Shown piece by piece: positions 26,867 to 36,805 of a DNA stretch of 64,000 bases; position 1 is the stretch's first letter; the number at the start of each line of letters is the position of its first letter. The stretch spans positions 1 to 64,000 of IMG/VR virus record IMGVR_UViG_3300043468_001540; one strand, given 5' to 3'. The DNA comes from a virus. Position numbers and translations under genes: made by a program. The notes beneath the pieces were generated by a model. That model was not told the DNA's origin and searched no databases. It was given only the letters and a program-made list of their open reading frames with translations.

Positions 26867-29398
26867 TTATTTTAAGTCTCTCATTGTTTTATATATTTTG
26901 CAGTCTTGTTTCAAAATTTTTTCAGCAAAAATTGCATCATTTTTAATTTTACCTTTAACTATTACTATATCATTTTCTTCTGGAAACTTTCCCCCATTCT
27001 CTTCTTTGCATGATTCTAATAAATTATGGCGCCCATCGAATAATAAAACCGATACATTCGCGGTGTCATCATTTAAAGATATTTTAAAGTATTTATTATT
27101 ATTTCTAGACTTAGAAACTCTCGTTTCTAAAACCTGACCGACTAATAAAACGGTGTCATTTTGTTCTTTTGTGCCAAAAGCATTTCGAATTGTATCAAAA
27201 TTTTTATTCTTTCTCTTAAAGATATACGTCAAATTTTGACTATAACTGAACCCCAAACAATTTTTTTCATAAAAGTAATTTGTTAATTCTTCGTTTCTAC
27301 TATTTAACAAATAAATTTCTTTATAAGGAGTATATTTCTTTTTAATCGTTTCAAACCTTGATTCTTTAATTTGATTTTTTTCGGCTAAATTCTTTATAAT
27401 CTGTAGAATATCTTTATTCTCAGTTTCATCATGTATAGTTTTAATTTGACGCTTCTCTTTTTCTGATAAAATATTAAAAGTTTGTGCCTCTAAAACAAGT
27501 TTGGATCTTTTTGTACCTAGATCGTCTAAAGCCCCGGCTTGAATCAAAGCCGATAAAACCCCAATATTAAGCCCAGCCTGTTTTGCGGATATAAAACAAT
27601 CAATTTTACTATCATATTTTCCTCTAAATTTTACCAATTTTTCCATTGCATTATCGGAGATCCCTTTGATAGCACTAAGCCCGAATCTTATGTTATTTCC
27701 TTCTATTGTAAAATTAGTATTTGATTTTAATAAATGCGGAGGAAGGAGTTTAATATCGAAAACTGGAAGTTCCTGTTCTATTAGCCGAATTTCTTCCATT
27801 GGATCTGGAAGCTTGTGAATAGAATTTAAACATGACGTAAAAAACTGTAATGGATATTTATACTTTAAATATACGGTTAAGGCTCCAAGATAAGCAACAC
27901 AGAAAGAGTGCGACTTATTGAAACTATAATCTGCTGAATCAAGCATTACTTTCCAGATAGCCTCTGCAACTTGATCTCCAAAATTATTTTGATTACAAAC
28001 CTCGAAAACCTTGTCTTTCCATTTAGGCATTTCATCTTTTTTCTTTTTACCAATAATACGTCGAATATATTCGGACTCATCGGCTGAGAAACCCACGGTA
28101 ACTAGAGCTTGAATTAGTTGCTCTTGATAAAGAGGTAAATTGCGGGTTTCTGCAAAAACTGATTGTAATTTTTTATGGGGAGACTCTCCCGAGAAATTTA
28201 TATAATTCCCCTCGTAAGCTAAAGCTCCCGGTCTAGCGATAGCATTTACGTCGCTAAGCTGATGAATATTAGCTGGTTTAATATTTTTACAAACCCTGTA
28301 AGCACAGTCCGCACTTATTTGATATAAGCCATAAGGAAGAAGGTCGTCTCTTTGTAATTGAGAATATATAAATTCATCCGAATCTAAATTTATATCACTT
28401 AATTTTTCGGGTATATTCTCAAATATATTTTTAATAATTTCATTGCTAATAAGCCCAAGCAGATCAAGTTTGATTCCAAACTTAGCGGCTGTATTCATTT
28501 CATATGAAATAGAAAGTTCGCCATCTTTATTTAGCTCGATAGGAACAAACTCTGTTAATGGAAAATAAGAAATAAAATAGCCGCTTGCGTGAGTTGATTT
28601 TCCTCTGATTAGACCCCTTAGTTTTAAAGCGATTTCGTATGTTTCTTTATACCTGTCAGCCCAATCTTTAAATTTTTCACTATTATTATAAGAATCCTCA
28701 ATATCCTCAACGACTCCAAATATTTTAGCAATATTATCAACTAGAGCACTCGCATCCTCTTCTGAGGCTTCGTTGACAATTTTAAAAACATCTTTAATTA
28801 GAATCTTACCAGAAAATGTAGAAAAAGATGAAATTTTACATACTTTATTTGGATAGCATTCTTTTAACCAGCTAATGATTTCTTCTCTTACTCCACCTAA
28901 GTTAATGTCTACGTCTGGAGCTAGATCGCCTTGTATATAAGTAATCCCATCAATAATTTCTTTTTTAGCTCTAGTTTTAGAAATAAATCGAGTAAAAAAT
29001 AATTTTTTATCAATAGGGTCTACTCCCGTAACCCCTATTAAAAAGAATATCAGGCTTCCTGCCGCGCTACCGCGCCCCCAATCAATAAAAGCGCCGAGTT
29101 CTCTAGCTTTATTTATAACCTTCCAAACCAATAAAAAATAATCAATAAATCCAAGGTCTTTAATAATAGAAAATTCTTCTTTAATTCTATCTAGATATTC
29201 TTTCTTTTTCTCTGCTGGTATTTTGTTTTTAAAATTTTTCCAACCTTCATTTATTAAATTTTGGAGGAACCTCTCATTGGATTCATCATTAGTCGCTAAA
29301 TCATTGCTAGAATGATTTATATCTATATTCGGTAGTCGAACTAAATTTAGATTTGTAATTTCTATATTAGAAAATTTCGATTTAAATTCTTGTATCAT
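26867..29398 (-). CDS. dnaE: DNA polymerase III alpha, catalytic core (no PHP domain)
   Basis: GRGSAAGS, PDVDIN, STHASG, KLDLLGL, YQEQL, YSFNKSH, IRFGLSAIKGI (HhH), C-terminal OB fold. Confidence 0.95.
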   Translation of the reverse strand: MIQEFKSKFSNIEITNLNLVRLPNIDINHSSNDLATNDESNERFLQNLINEGWKNFKNKIPAEKKKEYLDRIKEEFSIIKDLGFIDYFLLVWKVINKARELGAFIDWGRGSAAGSLIFFLIGVTGVDPIDKKLFFTRFISKTRAKKEIIDGITYIQGDLAPDVDINLGGVREEIISWLKECYPNKVCKISSFSTFSGKILIKDVFKIVNEASEEDASALVDNIAKIFGVVEDIEDSYNNSEKFKDWADRYKETYEIALKLRGLIRGKSTHASGYFISYFPLTEFVPIELNKDGELSISYEMNTAAKFGIKLDLLGLISNEIIKNIFENIPEKLSDINLDSDEFIYSQLQRDDLLPYGLYQISADCAYRVCKNIKPANIHQLSDVNAIARPGALAYEGNYINFSGESPHKKLQSVFAETRNLPLYQEQLIQALVTVGFSADESEYIRRIIGKKKKDEMPKWKDKVFEVCNQNNFGDQVAEAIWKVMLDSADYSFNKSHSFCVAYLGALTVYLKYKYPLQFFTSCLNSIHKLPDPMEEIRLIEQELPVFDIKLLPPHLLKSNTNFTIEGNNIRFGLSAIKGISDNAMEKLVKFRGKYDSKIDCFISAKQAGLNIGVLSALIQAGALDDLGTKRSKLVLEAQTFNILSEKEKRQIKTIHDETENKDILQIIKNLAEKNQIKESRFETIKKKYTPYKEIYLLNSRNEELTNYFYEKNCLGFSYSQNLTYIFKRKNKNFDTIRNAFGTKEQNDTVLLVGQVLETRVSKSRNNNKYFKISLNDDTANVSVLLFDGRHNLLESCKEENGGKFPEENDIVIVKGKIKNDAIFAEKILKQDCKIYKTMRDLK

Positions 29399-30024
29399 AT
29401 ATCAATTGTTAGTAACTGTTTTTTAAAGATTTCTAAGCACTTTGTATTATCATATACAGCATCGTGTGCAAGATCTTCATTAAAATCAATGTCATAAAGA
29501 CCGCATAAATGCTTAACAGAGGTTTTAACGCCCTTCTTAACGTAATGATACATCTGATATTGCCATGCAAGCCTATTTTCTGGAACAGTTTTTAATCCGA
29601 GATAAATTCCTTTTTGAATACATTGTATATCTAAAACTCTATTCAAATAAGAATAATCAGATTTTAAACCCATTAATTTTCGTAAAGTATTAATGACGTA
29701 TATATCAAATCCGAATAAATTTGCGCCAACTATTAAATAGTTCTCATCAAAAAGATATTTTTCAAAAGAAGCTAATATATTTTTAGGATCTTTGGCTTTT
29801 TGTTTCCATTCGTTATAATTAAAGCGTGTAATCCGGGCCGCGTCACTCGAAATATTCAAATCCGGCCAATAAAGGTAATGATTTTCATTATGAGAATTTT
29901 TACCATCAAAAATTAGCCAAGACAATTGCCAGGGCCTGGTTAAGGCTAAAGCTAACGATTCTGTTTCAGTATCAAAAACTATATATTTTTGATTTTTCTT
30001 AAATCTTAATAGGTTATCGTTCAT
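29395..30024 (-). CDS. DEDDh 3'-5' exonuclease (DnaQ/epsilon-like)
   Basis: FDTETE, N..GFD, AHDAVYD; likely start MNDNLL at 30024. Confidence 0.88.
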   Translation of the reverse strand: MNDNLLRFKKNQKYIVFDTETESLALALTRPWQLSWLIFDGKNSHNENHYLYWPDLNISSDAARITRFNYNEWKQKAKDPKNILASFEKYLFDENYLIVGANLFGFDIYVINTLRKLMGLKSDYSYLNRVLDIQCIQKGIYLGLKTVPENRLAWQYQMYHYVKKGVKTSVKHLCGLYDIDFNEDLAHDAVYDNTKCLEIFKKQLLTIDI

Positions 30025-30766
30025 TGTTAAGAAATGATTCCATGCAAAATTCATCGCTGCCAAAATGATTTAAATTTGGTTTTTGAAATGTAGTTCTGTT
30101 TAAAATACATCTATATGTCATATAAGCCTTGAAATCTTTTTTTCTATTATAGTATATTGTTTTTGACTTTATAATCCTCTCCGGCTTAACTACCGAATTT
30201 AAGTGCTGATTTAAAATATTATCGAAAGGTAGTGAATTGTCTTCACTAAAATACCATGGGTCTGTAAAATCTATTTGAGGAACGCATTCTCTACCATAAA
30301 GAGAATTAAAATGCAAATATGAATCATAAAAAGGAACACCAAGCATAAGATTGTTTGACCAATTTAATCTTAACTGATCAAAATCTAACCTTGGGCTTCC
30401 GTTAAGTAAACCAGAAGTACAAGAAATATTGTGTAAGTGAATTAAATCTTTGAATGACTCATTCGCAGCAAAGATAATAAACTTGCTTTCTGTTTTTTTA
30501 TAATCTTCCGTTTTGACATCTAAAGAATTACATACGTTTACTCTGTATCCAAAACGTAAATTAACTTCAGATTTTTTAGCATTTTCATATGCTTCCACTA
30601 GCCCTGAGAGGGTATTGTCTACAATAAATACTTCTGTTAAATTATTTTTTATTGCGATGTCAAAAACTGAATCTGGGCGATTTTCAATTTTGTCGAGATC
30701 TTTACTTGGAGCGTCAAGTGTCAAGATTGACGTCAAAGAGTAGTTCGACCTAAAAATTGGTATCAT
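30014..30766 (-). CDS. Stand-alone degenerate PHP domain of DNA polymerase III alpha
   Basis: FRSNYSL (HxH ligands lost), VDNTLSG, FGYRV, IIFAAN..FKDL, PRLD, IYY. Confidence 0.8.
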   Translation of the reverse strand: MIPIFRSNYSLTSILTLDAPSKDLDKIENRPDSVFDIAIKNNLTEVFIVDNTLSGLVEAYENAKKSEVNLRFGYRVNVCNSLDVKTEDYKKTESKFIIFAANESFKDLIHLHNISCTSGLLNGSPRLDFDQLRLNWSNNLMLGVPFYDSYLHFNSLYGRECVPQIDFTDPWYFSEDNSLPFDNILNQHLNSVVKPERIIKSKTIYYNRKKDFKAYMTYRCILNRTTFQKPNLNHFGSDEFCMESFLNNER

Positions 30767-30772
30767 TCTATG

Positions 30773-30800
30773 ATAGTAGCATCAATTTTTTATAAGTCAA
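30773..30800 (-). promoter_or_regulatory. Sigma70-like promoter for the polymerase genes
   Basis: TTGACT-N16-TACTAT, 6 nt upstream of ATG 30766. Confidence 0.5.
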
Positions 30801-31785
30801 AATCATTTTTTGAGGCTTTCCAGGCAGGGCAGCCTTCATAAACCCTATTCTCTACTGAGAAGTTTTCTTTTATGTCTCCATCTTTAAAAGATTCGTTAAT
30901 AAAAATAGATTTAATTATTTTTTTATTTTCATCTAATAAAACTTTATATTCAATTTTATTCAAATATGGACATCTCCATCCAGATTTGGTTTGACACATC
31001 CATTTCTTTCCAAAGTCATTAGCAGCGAAATTTGCTTTTCCTTTTTTTTCGTTAAAATTCTTAAGATATTCATTAAGATATTCTAAATAATACTCGAAAC
31101 CTTTAATCTCTTCTTCGGAGAACTTGGGGCATCCTCTCTCTGGATTATCCGGATATCTTAAAAATAAAAATTTAACTAAAATATCTCTAGGGGCGGACTG
31201 TTCGTACATTTTTTTTGTAGCTAAAGTATACATCATCGCCTGAACATTGCTTTCTAAGTCCTCTCCTTGAAAAACCATTTTACTCGATTTAAAATCCCTC
31301 ACTATTAGTGCGCCATCTTTTTCAAAGATCCTATCTATAAACCCAGAAATTCTATAAGCCGGTTGAGTGTTAGATATATCAAATTCGACTTCAGCCCCTA
31401 GAACTTTATCTGAAGTTGTAAAATCAAATTTTAAACCAACTAAAATCATTTGATCGATGCAAGTAAGATTAGACGCTTCCGCTCCATTCTTTTTAATTGG
31501 CTTAACTATTTCATCTAAATCAAGGTTTTCTCTCTTGGCTAATTTACAAATTAATCTTCTAATTGATTTTATTTTTAGACAAGTATCGGCTTTAATAATT
31601 TTTTTTATATAACCTTTATGTCTTTGCTTATCTAAAAGTTCAAAAATTAAATGAGCTATAGTTCCTCGAATTGCGCCCGAGTTATTTTTCTGTGGTAACT
31701 TTAAATTATAATTACAATAATAAGTCCAAGAACAGGATTGTAAAGTTTTGATTCTACTAGCAGACAGTTTAATTAAATTTTCCAT
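30790..31785 (-). CDS. PD-(D/E)XK exonuclease (RecB/AddB/Cas4-like)
   Basis: LSASRI...CSW, GT..H, E, GFIDR, DFKSS, Q..MY, C-terminal C..W.CPY...C. Confidence 0.85.
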   Translation of the reverse strand: MENLIKLSASRIKTLQSCSWTYYCNYNLKLPQKNNSGAIRGTIAHLIFELLDKQRHKGYIKKIIKADTCLKIKSIRRLICKLAKRENLDLDEIVKPIKKNGAEASNLTCIDQMILVGLKFDFTTSDKVLGAEVEFDISNTQPAYRISGFIDRIFEKDGALIVRDFKSSKMVFQGEDLESNVQAMMYTLATKKMYEQSAPRDILVKFLFLRYPDNPERGCPKFSEEEIKGFEYYLEYLNEYLKNFNEKKGKANFAANDFGKKWMCQTKSGWRCPYLNKIEYKVLLDENKKIIKSIFINESFKDGDIKENFSVENRVYEGCPAWKASKNDFDL

Positions 31786-31791
31786 GTAAAA

Positions 31792-32223
31792 TTACTTTAT
31801 TTGATAGGTTGGTATTTGACACTTTTCTAAAAAATTCAGGCCAGCCGTATCACGATATACATTTTTGTAATAGACTTCTGTTATACCGGACCCATGAATA
31901 GCTTTAGCGCACGCTATACATGGAGAATGAGTAATAAACATTACAGAATTATATCCAGAATCGTGACTTTTTGCTAATTTTTGAATACAATTCATCTCCG
32001 CGTGGATAACTTCTTCTTTTGTAGTATTTTCTTCTGTTTCACATCTATTATCCCATCCGGCGGGAGTTCCATTATATCCAATTGATATTATTCTATTATC
32101 TTTTACAATTAAAGCTCCAACTTTTAAACGTTTTGCGTGAGACAGTTCTGAAAATCTAGAAGCAACGTCCATATAAGCTTTTACCCATTTTGTTTTAATT
32201 TTCATACCATTTAATATTTTCAT
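31792..32223 (-). CDS. dCMP deaminase
   Basis: VGALIV, GYNGTP, HAEMN, SPCIAC. Confidence 0.92.
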   Translation of the reverse strand: MKILNGMKIKTKWVKAYMDVASRFSELSHAKRLKVGALIVKDNRIISIGYNGTPAGWDNRCETEENTTKEEVIHAEMNCIQKLAKSHDSGYNSVMFITHSPCIACAKAIHGSGITEVYYKNVYRDTAGLNFLEKCQIPTYQIK

Positions 32224-33091
32224 CTATAGACTGCTCCCCGAAATCATTTTTAAAAGGGAGTCGAATTTCTAACTGATTTGGATCAAAAAAATCTTTGAAT
32301 TTAGATTTAATTTTTATAGAAGCTTTTTGTCCAGCGAAATTTTTATCTTTATTTGTTGCTATAATAATTTTATTTGGGTCGAGTCTAATGATAGCTTTTA
32401 GCAATCCTTTCCCCAAATCCGTACCGAATGTAACTCCGGTATTTTTAATTCCAGACTCCCATAAAGATAACATATCTCCAATACTTTCCACAAGAATAAT
32501 TTCTCTTTTTTCCGCTATTATATTATAATTAAAAATTAATGGATAAGCCCATTCATTTTTTGCCCCAATATGCTTCCATTTAATTTTGGGGTTTTCGGAG
32601 ACATCTCGTCCAGAAAATCCCCTAATTTTAAACCGTGAATCAAAAATTGGAAAAACATATCTATTATACATTTTACCACTTAAACACAACCCACCTTTAA
32701 ATTGCTTGAGAGTTTCTTCTGAAATTCCTCGATTTTTCCAATAAGAATGATTATCTTTTAAGGAGGATAGGTATTCATGGGGATAAAATTTTGAAGCACT
32801 CGAAAATGGATCTTGGGGTGTTGTATCATTAAACGCGAAATTAAAATATTCGCCATCCGAAGTTAGAAGTGACCTGGCTTGTTCCGTATCTTTTAAATCT
32901 AAAGTAGATTTCAAAAAGTCCTCAATAGAGAAAACTTTACCAGTAACAAAATCTTTTACAATATTTTTATTAAAATATATTGCTATAGAACTTGGGTCAT
33001 TACCCCCCCTGTACTTTGCGCTACAAGTTATATATGAGCCATAATTTTTAGGGTTGCATCCTGCTTGTTTAAGCAGTTCTAAAATTCTCAT
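32195..33091 (-). CDS. DnaG-like primase
   Basis: RGIS, NRYVFPI, GFSGR, TOPRIM LVESIGDMLSL, NDFG. Confidence 0.85.
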   Translation of the reverse strand: MRILELLKQAGCNPKNYGSYITCSAKYRGGNDPSSIAIYFNKNIVKDFVTGKVFSIEDFLKSTLDLKDTEQARSLLTSDGEYFNFAFNDTTPQDPFSSASKFYPHEYLSSLKDNHSYWKNRGISEETLKQFKGGLCLSGKMYNRYVFPIFDSRFKIRGFSGRDVSENPKIKWKHIGAKNEWAYPLIFNYNIIAEKREIILVESIGDMLSLWESGIKNTGVTFGTDLGKGLLKAIIRLDPNKIIIATNKDKNFAGQKASIKIKSKFKDFFDPNQLEIRLPFKNDFGEQSIDENIKWYEN

Positions 33092-34557
33092 AGTAAATTA
33101 TTTTCTTCATTTTGCCTATCAAACAGATTTACACCTACTCCGTTTTGATGATCTATAATATCTTGTAAAGTGCCTTTCTCCTCCACATTGAAATTTTTAA
33201 CATCAAAAGATATAAAGTTTTTACGATATTCAACACGATTGTTTACCATTACCCTTACTAAATCAGAATGTCCATGAGCAAATTCTCCTTGATATCTAGA
33301 GGCTAATTCGATCATTTTATGTGATCCGAATTGAGCACCGTCTTCCGCCTGTTCTTCTAAAGTTTTTCTTCTAAAAATTCCAACGTAAGCTGCAAACCAT
33401 TGGAGTCTATCACTTTGAGCAATAGCGGAACTATCATCCGTTCCATTCTCAGCGCTTCTGTTTAATTGACAAGCTGTTAGAATAGGTATATTTAATCTAA
33501 CCGATAATTCTTTTAATCTATCAACTTTATCTCCGATTAATTGGTATTCTTGTTTATTTTTTTCATTTTCTCCTGTTAGTTTGATATAGTCATAAACAAC
33601 GATAGCCGGGTTACCCCTGCCAACTTGCCCTAAATACCACCTTTGAATAATTGATTCAATTTCTGCAATCGGCTTGCCTGATACTTGAAGATGTTTCACG
33701 CGGCCATTTGTGATAGCAAGTTCTGATCTACTGCTATTCCACTTCGCCAACAATTCTTTATTTTTTTTAAAATTTCCTGTTTCTAGATGCCACATAGGTA
33801 TTCCGGTAATACTACTTGCAATTCGAAATTTAATTACTTCTGTTTGCATTTCCGTATCTAGAATAAGGGCATTCAAATTTGGGTTTATTACCGTCGCTTT
33901 TGAGGCTATATGGCTTAGAATAGTACTTTTTCCATGCTTAGGTCTACTTACCCAAGCATAGAGTTCTCCAGGACGAAGTCCTCCATAATTTTTATTAAAA
34001 GTTTTAAATGGCGTTAAATATCCAGTTTGTGTTATCGGATTTGATGCCCTGTGCTCGATAAGTTCCGCAATTCCACCCAATAAGTCTTCTGGGCTACTAT
34101 CTAAGTCATAAGCTGTAATTTTATCATTGTACATCTTATCTGCCATGGTAATAATTTCATCGGCAGATTTGTCGCCACAGGATGACATCGCTTGAGAGAT
34201 AGAAGTTGCCGTATCTGCAATTTCACGTCTAATGGTAATAGTTTTTAAATTTTTACATGCATCTGATAGTGACTTTTGGCTAATTTTTAAAAATGTTAGG
34301 CTCTCTATGTAATCAAAGATATCAAAATCCTGTTTAAATGAAATTCCTAGATTTTTAATTTTTTCTGCAATTATAACGGGCTCTAATGGTTCATTTTTTG
34401 TTATTTGATTCCTAATAATAGAAAAAATAGTTTTATGACCATTAGAAAAATCATTTTCTGAGATAAAGTCAGAAACTTCAAAAAAAGATTGAGGGTGTTT
34501 TATAAACCCAGCTAAAACATGCTTCTCTATATCGACGCTTCTAATCTGGTTTGACAT
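33088..34557 (-). CDS. dnaB: Replicative helicase
   Basis: GGLRPGEL, SRPKHGKST, DTEM, YDYIKL, CQLNRS. Confidence 0.93.
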   Translation of the reverse strand: MSNQIRSVDIEKHVLAGFIKHPQSFFEVSDFISENDFSNGHKTIFSIIRNQITKNEPLEPVIIAEKIKNLGISFKQDFDIFDYIESLTFLKISQKSLSDACKNLKTITIRREIADTATSISQAMSSCGDKSADEIITMADKMYNDKITAYDLDSSPEDLLGGIAELIEHRASNPITQTGYLTPFKTFNKNYGGLRPGELYAWVSRPKHGKSTILSHIASKATVINPNLNALILDTEMQTEVIKFRIASSITGIPMWHLETGNFKKNKELLAKWNSSRSELAITNGRVKHLQVSGKPIAEIESIIQRWYLGQVGRGNPAIVVYDYIKLTGENEKNKQEYQLIGDKVDRLKELSVRLNIPILTACQLNRSAENGTDDSSAIAQSDRLQWFAAYVGIFRRKTLEEQAEDGAQFGSHKMIELASRYQGEFAHGHSDLVRVMVNNRVEYRKNFISFDVKNFNVEEKGTLQDIIDHQNGVGVNLFDRQNEENNLL

Positions 34558-34560
34558 ATT

Positions 34561-35169
34561 TTATAAATCTAACTTTACTTTAATAGTATTGCAATAGGTT
34601 TCTTCAACTATTTTTTGGATTTCATTTAGGATACATTCTTCACTTAAGAAGGTCGGCACTTTAATTGAACTATCGGCATACTCCCTAATGATTTGATCAT
34701 TTATTGATTCATCCATATTAGCGGGAGGTACCAGACTACCATCCGGTAGCATTCTCTGAATATGAATAAAACAATTTAAAGGTTTTCCTTTTAGCCATGG
34801 AACTTCATCTTTTTCATATTGAAAATAACGAATATCTGGTATAATACATATATCTACGTCGGAATTTTCTAGACTTAGATCTAAGAGGTTTGTCCAATAC
34901 TGGCCATGGGTTTGTTGCCTTTTTACTTTTCCATACCAAACTAATAACTCTCTAAAAATAGACTTTTCCTCGGTATTATCTGAGAACACATTTAAATTTA
35001 ATTTTTCTCGAACAAAAGACTCGCAGTCCTGTTTAAGAGGCGCCGCTAACGGACAAATCTTTATTTTTTTATTTGGAGTGGACAGTTCTAATAATTTTTT
35101 TAGATGTCTTGCGAATGAGTCTTTTCCGGCTCTAGCTACTCCGCTTATTCCAATATAGGACCTTTGCAT
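34561..35169 (-). CDS. dNMP kinase-like P-loop kinase
   Basis: GISGVARAGKD, A.PLK, RELL, IPDIRY..E. Confidence 0.75.
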   Translation of the reverse strand: MQRSYIGISGVARAGKDSFARHLKKLLELSTPNKKIKICPLAAPLKQDCESFVREKLNLNVFSDNTEEKSIFRELLVWYGKVKRQQTHGQYWTNLLDLSLENSDVDICIIPDIRYFQYEKDEVPWLKGKPLNCFIHIQRMLPDGSLVPPANMDESINDQIIREYADSSIKVPTFLSEECILNEIQKIVEETYCNTIKVKLDL

Positions 35170-35210
35170 TTTTGCATATTAACCTATTTAGGATAAATTT
35201 TCAATTTAAA

Positions 35211-35624
35211 TTATAAAGTCAATGAGAATTTTTCTTCTAGCCATTCCTCCGAAAGAAACTCGAATTCATTCTCAAAAATTTCAATAACCTTAAATCCGTT
35301 TAATTCTAACCACTCATGCTTTTGAAAATCTCTTTTTACGCTATTTTTAAAACCTGTTCTTGTTTTATGAAAATGTTTAACGAATTTTTCGTGCTGCAAT
35401 CCATGGGTTTCAACTGCAATTTTTTTTGTAAAATTAATTAAATCGCATTTCATTCTTGTTCCAAATACAGGGAACTCTTCTACTACCACATGAGTCTTCC
35501 AAAAATTAAAGAAAAATCTTTTAACTTTAAACTGAACTTTGCTTTTGCATGGATCATCCCATTTGACTAAAAATTTATTTATATTTTTATTAACTTCTCT
35601 TCCGAAGATGTTTTTAAATTTCAT
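35211..35624 (-). CDS. DUF559/Vsr-like endonuclease
   Basis: EFPV...D......AVETHGLQH...RD.QK..W...NG..VIEI. Confidence 0.75.
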   Translation of the reverse strand: MKFKNIFGREVNKNINKFLVKWDDPCKSKVQFKVKRFFFNFWKTHVVVEEFPVFGTRMKCDLINFTKKIAVETHGLQHEKFVKHFHKTRTGFKNSVKRDFQKHEWLELNGFKVIEIFENEFEFLSEEWLEEKFSLTL

Positions 35625-36759
35625 TAAGATCGTGCAAAACCATTTTTTTAACTAGATCATTAAATGACGACTTCGGCTTCCACTTAAGCTCGTTTCTCGC
35701 CATACTTGAATCTCCTAATAACAATTCTACTTCTGCTGGTCTATAAAATTTTGTATTAATTTTCATCAAAACTTCCCCAGTATCTTTTCTCAGAGCTTCA
35801 TTTTCTGGACGATGATCGTCTCTATCAAGATTTAAACTAGACCAGTGACAAGGAATTCCAGCGGCGAGAAAAGCTTTTTCTACGAATTCTCGGATGGTAT
35901 GGGTTTCATTAGAGGAAAGAACGTAATCTTTAACTTCTTTTTCCTGGTTAAGCATTAACCAAACCCCCTCAACGAAATCTTCCGCATCGCTCCAATCTCT
36001 TTTCGCGTCGATATTCCCCAGTTCGAGTGGAACAATTTTTTGATTATTATTTATTTCATTCTTAATTCTAGCAATATTTTTTGTAATTTTTCTTGTGACG
36101 AATTCTTCTCCACGACGTACGCCTTCATGGTTGAATAACCACCCCTGAACAGCATAAAGACCATAAGACTCCCTGTAAACTTTTATCAACTGTCTGGAAG
36201 CAGCTTTACTTGCTCCATAAGGGCTTCTAGGTCTTAAGGGGTGATTTTCATCCTGTGGGGAATATAAAACATCTCCAAATTCTTCGCTAGATCCAGCCTG
36301 ATACAAACGACAAGAAGGTTTATATAATCGGATACCTTCTAATAAATCTAGAATTGCTGTAGAATTTGCACTCCACGTTTGTCGAGCAAAATCCCAACTA
36401 CTTGCAACAAAACTTTGAGCGGCAAAATTTATAAAATAATCTGGCTGTAGTTTTTCGATAAGTCTAGATATCGAATGAGCATCTGTTAAATCAAAATTAA
36501 CCAAGTAGAATCTATCGGACTGAATATTTTTAATATTTTTATGATTATAAACACTTAACCTTCTTACTCCGCCAAATATAACATAATCTTGAGTATTTTT
36601 TAGTAGATATTCTACCATAAGACTCCCATCTTGTCCTGTTACTCCTGTAACTACAATACATTTCCTCCCATTTAATGCTATTTTAGCATCTTCAATATTT
36701 AAGATATTCGCTGTATCAATTTTTTTGCTCATGTACAAAGTATTTATATTTTTTTCCAT
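35614..36759 (-). CDS. gmd: GDP-mannose 4,6-dehydratase
   Basis: TGVTGQDGS, AAQSFV, YQAGSSE, PRSPYGASK, FNHE, FVTRKIT, LGN.DAKRDW, RPAEVELLLGD. Confidence 0.95.
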   Translation of the reverse strand: MEKNINTLYMSKKIDTANILNIEDAKIALNGRKCIVVTGVTGQDGSLMVEYLLKNTQDYVIFGGVRRLSVYNHKNIKNIQSDRFYLVNFDLTDAHSISRLIEKLQPDYFINFAAQSFVASSWDFARQTWSANSTAILDLLEGIRLYKPSCRLYQAGSSEEFGDVLYSPQDENHPLRPRSPYGASKAASRQLIKVYRESYGLYAVQGWLFNHEGVRRGEEFVTRKITKNIARIKNEINNNQKIVPLELGNIDAKRDWSDAEDFVEGVWLMLNQEKEVKDYVLSSNETHTIREFVEKAFLAAGIPCHWSSLNLDRDDHRPENEALRKDTGEVLMKINTKFYRPAEVELLLGDSSMARNELKWKPKSSFNDLVKKMVLHDLNEI

Positions 36760-36768
36760 TATATGGAA

Positions 36769-36798
36769 TATATAATAATATTTTTAATTTAAAGTCAA
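36769..36798 (-). promoter_or_regulatory. Sigma70-like promoter
   Basis: TTGACT-N18-TATATA upstream of gmd. Confidence 0.45.
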
Positions 36799-36805
36799 AC
36801 TAATT

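Noticed and set aside
26867-30766. Split intein, intron or pseudogenised polymerase
   Set aside because: No intein terminal motifs; catalytic residues intact; clean coupled stop/start junctions
30790-31785. Cas4-like nuclease as part of a CRISPR-Cas system
   Set aside because: No cas1/cas2 or array; it lies in the replication block, as is typical of phage exonucleases
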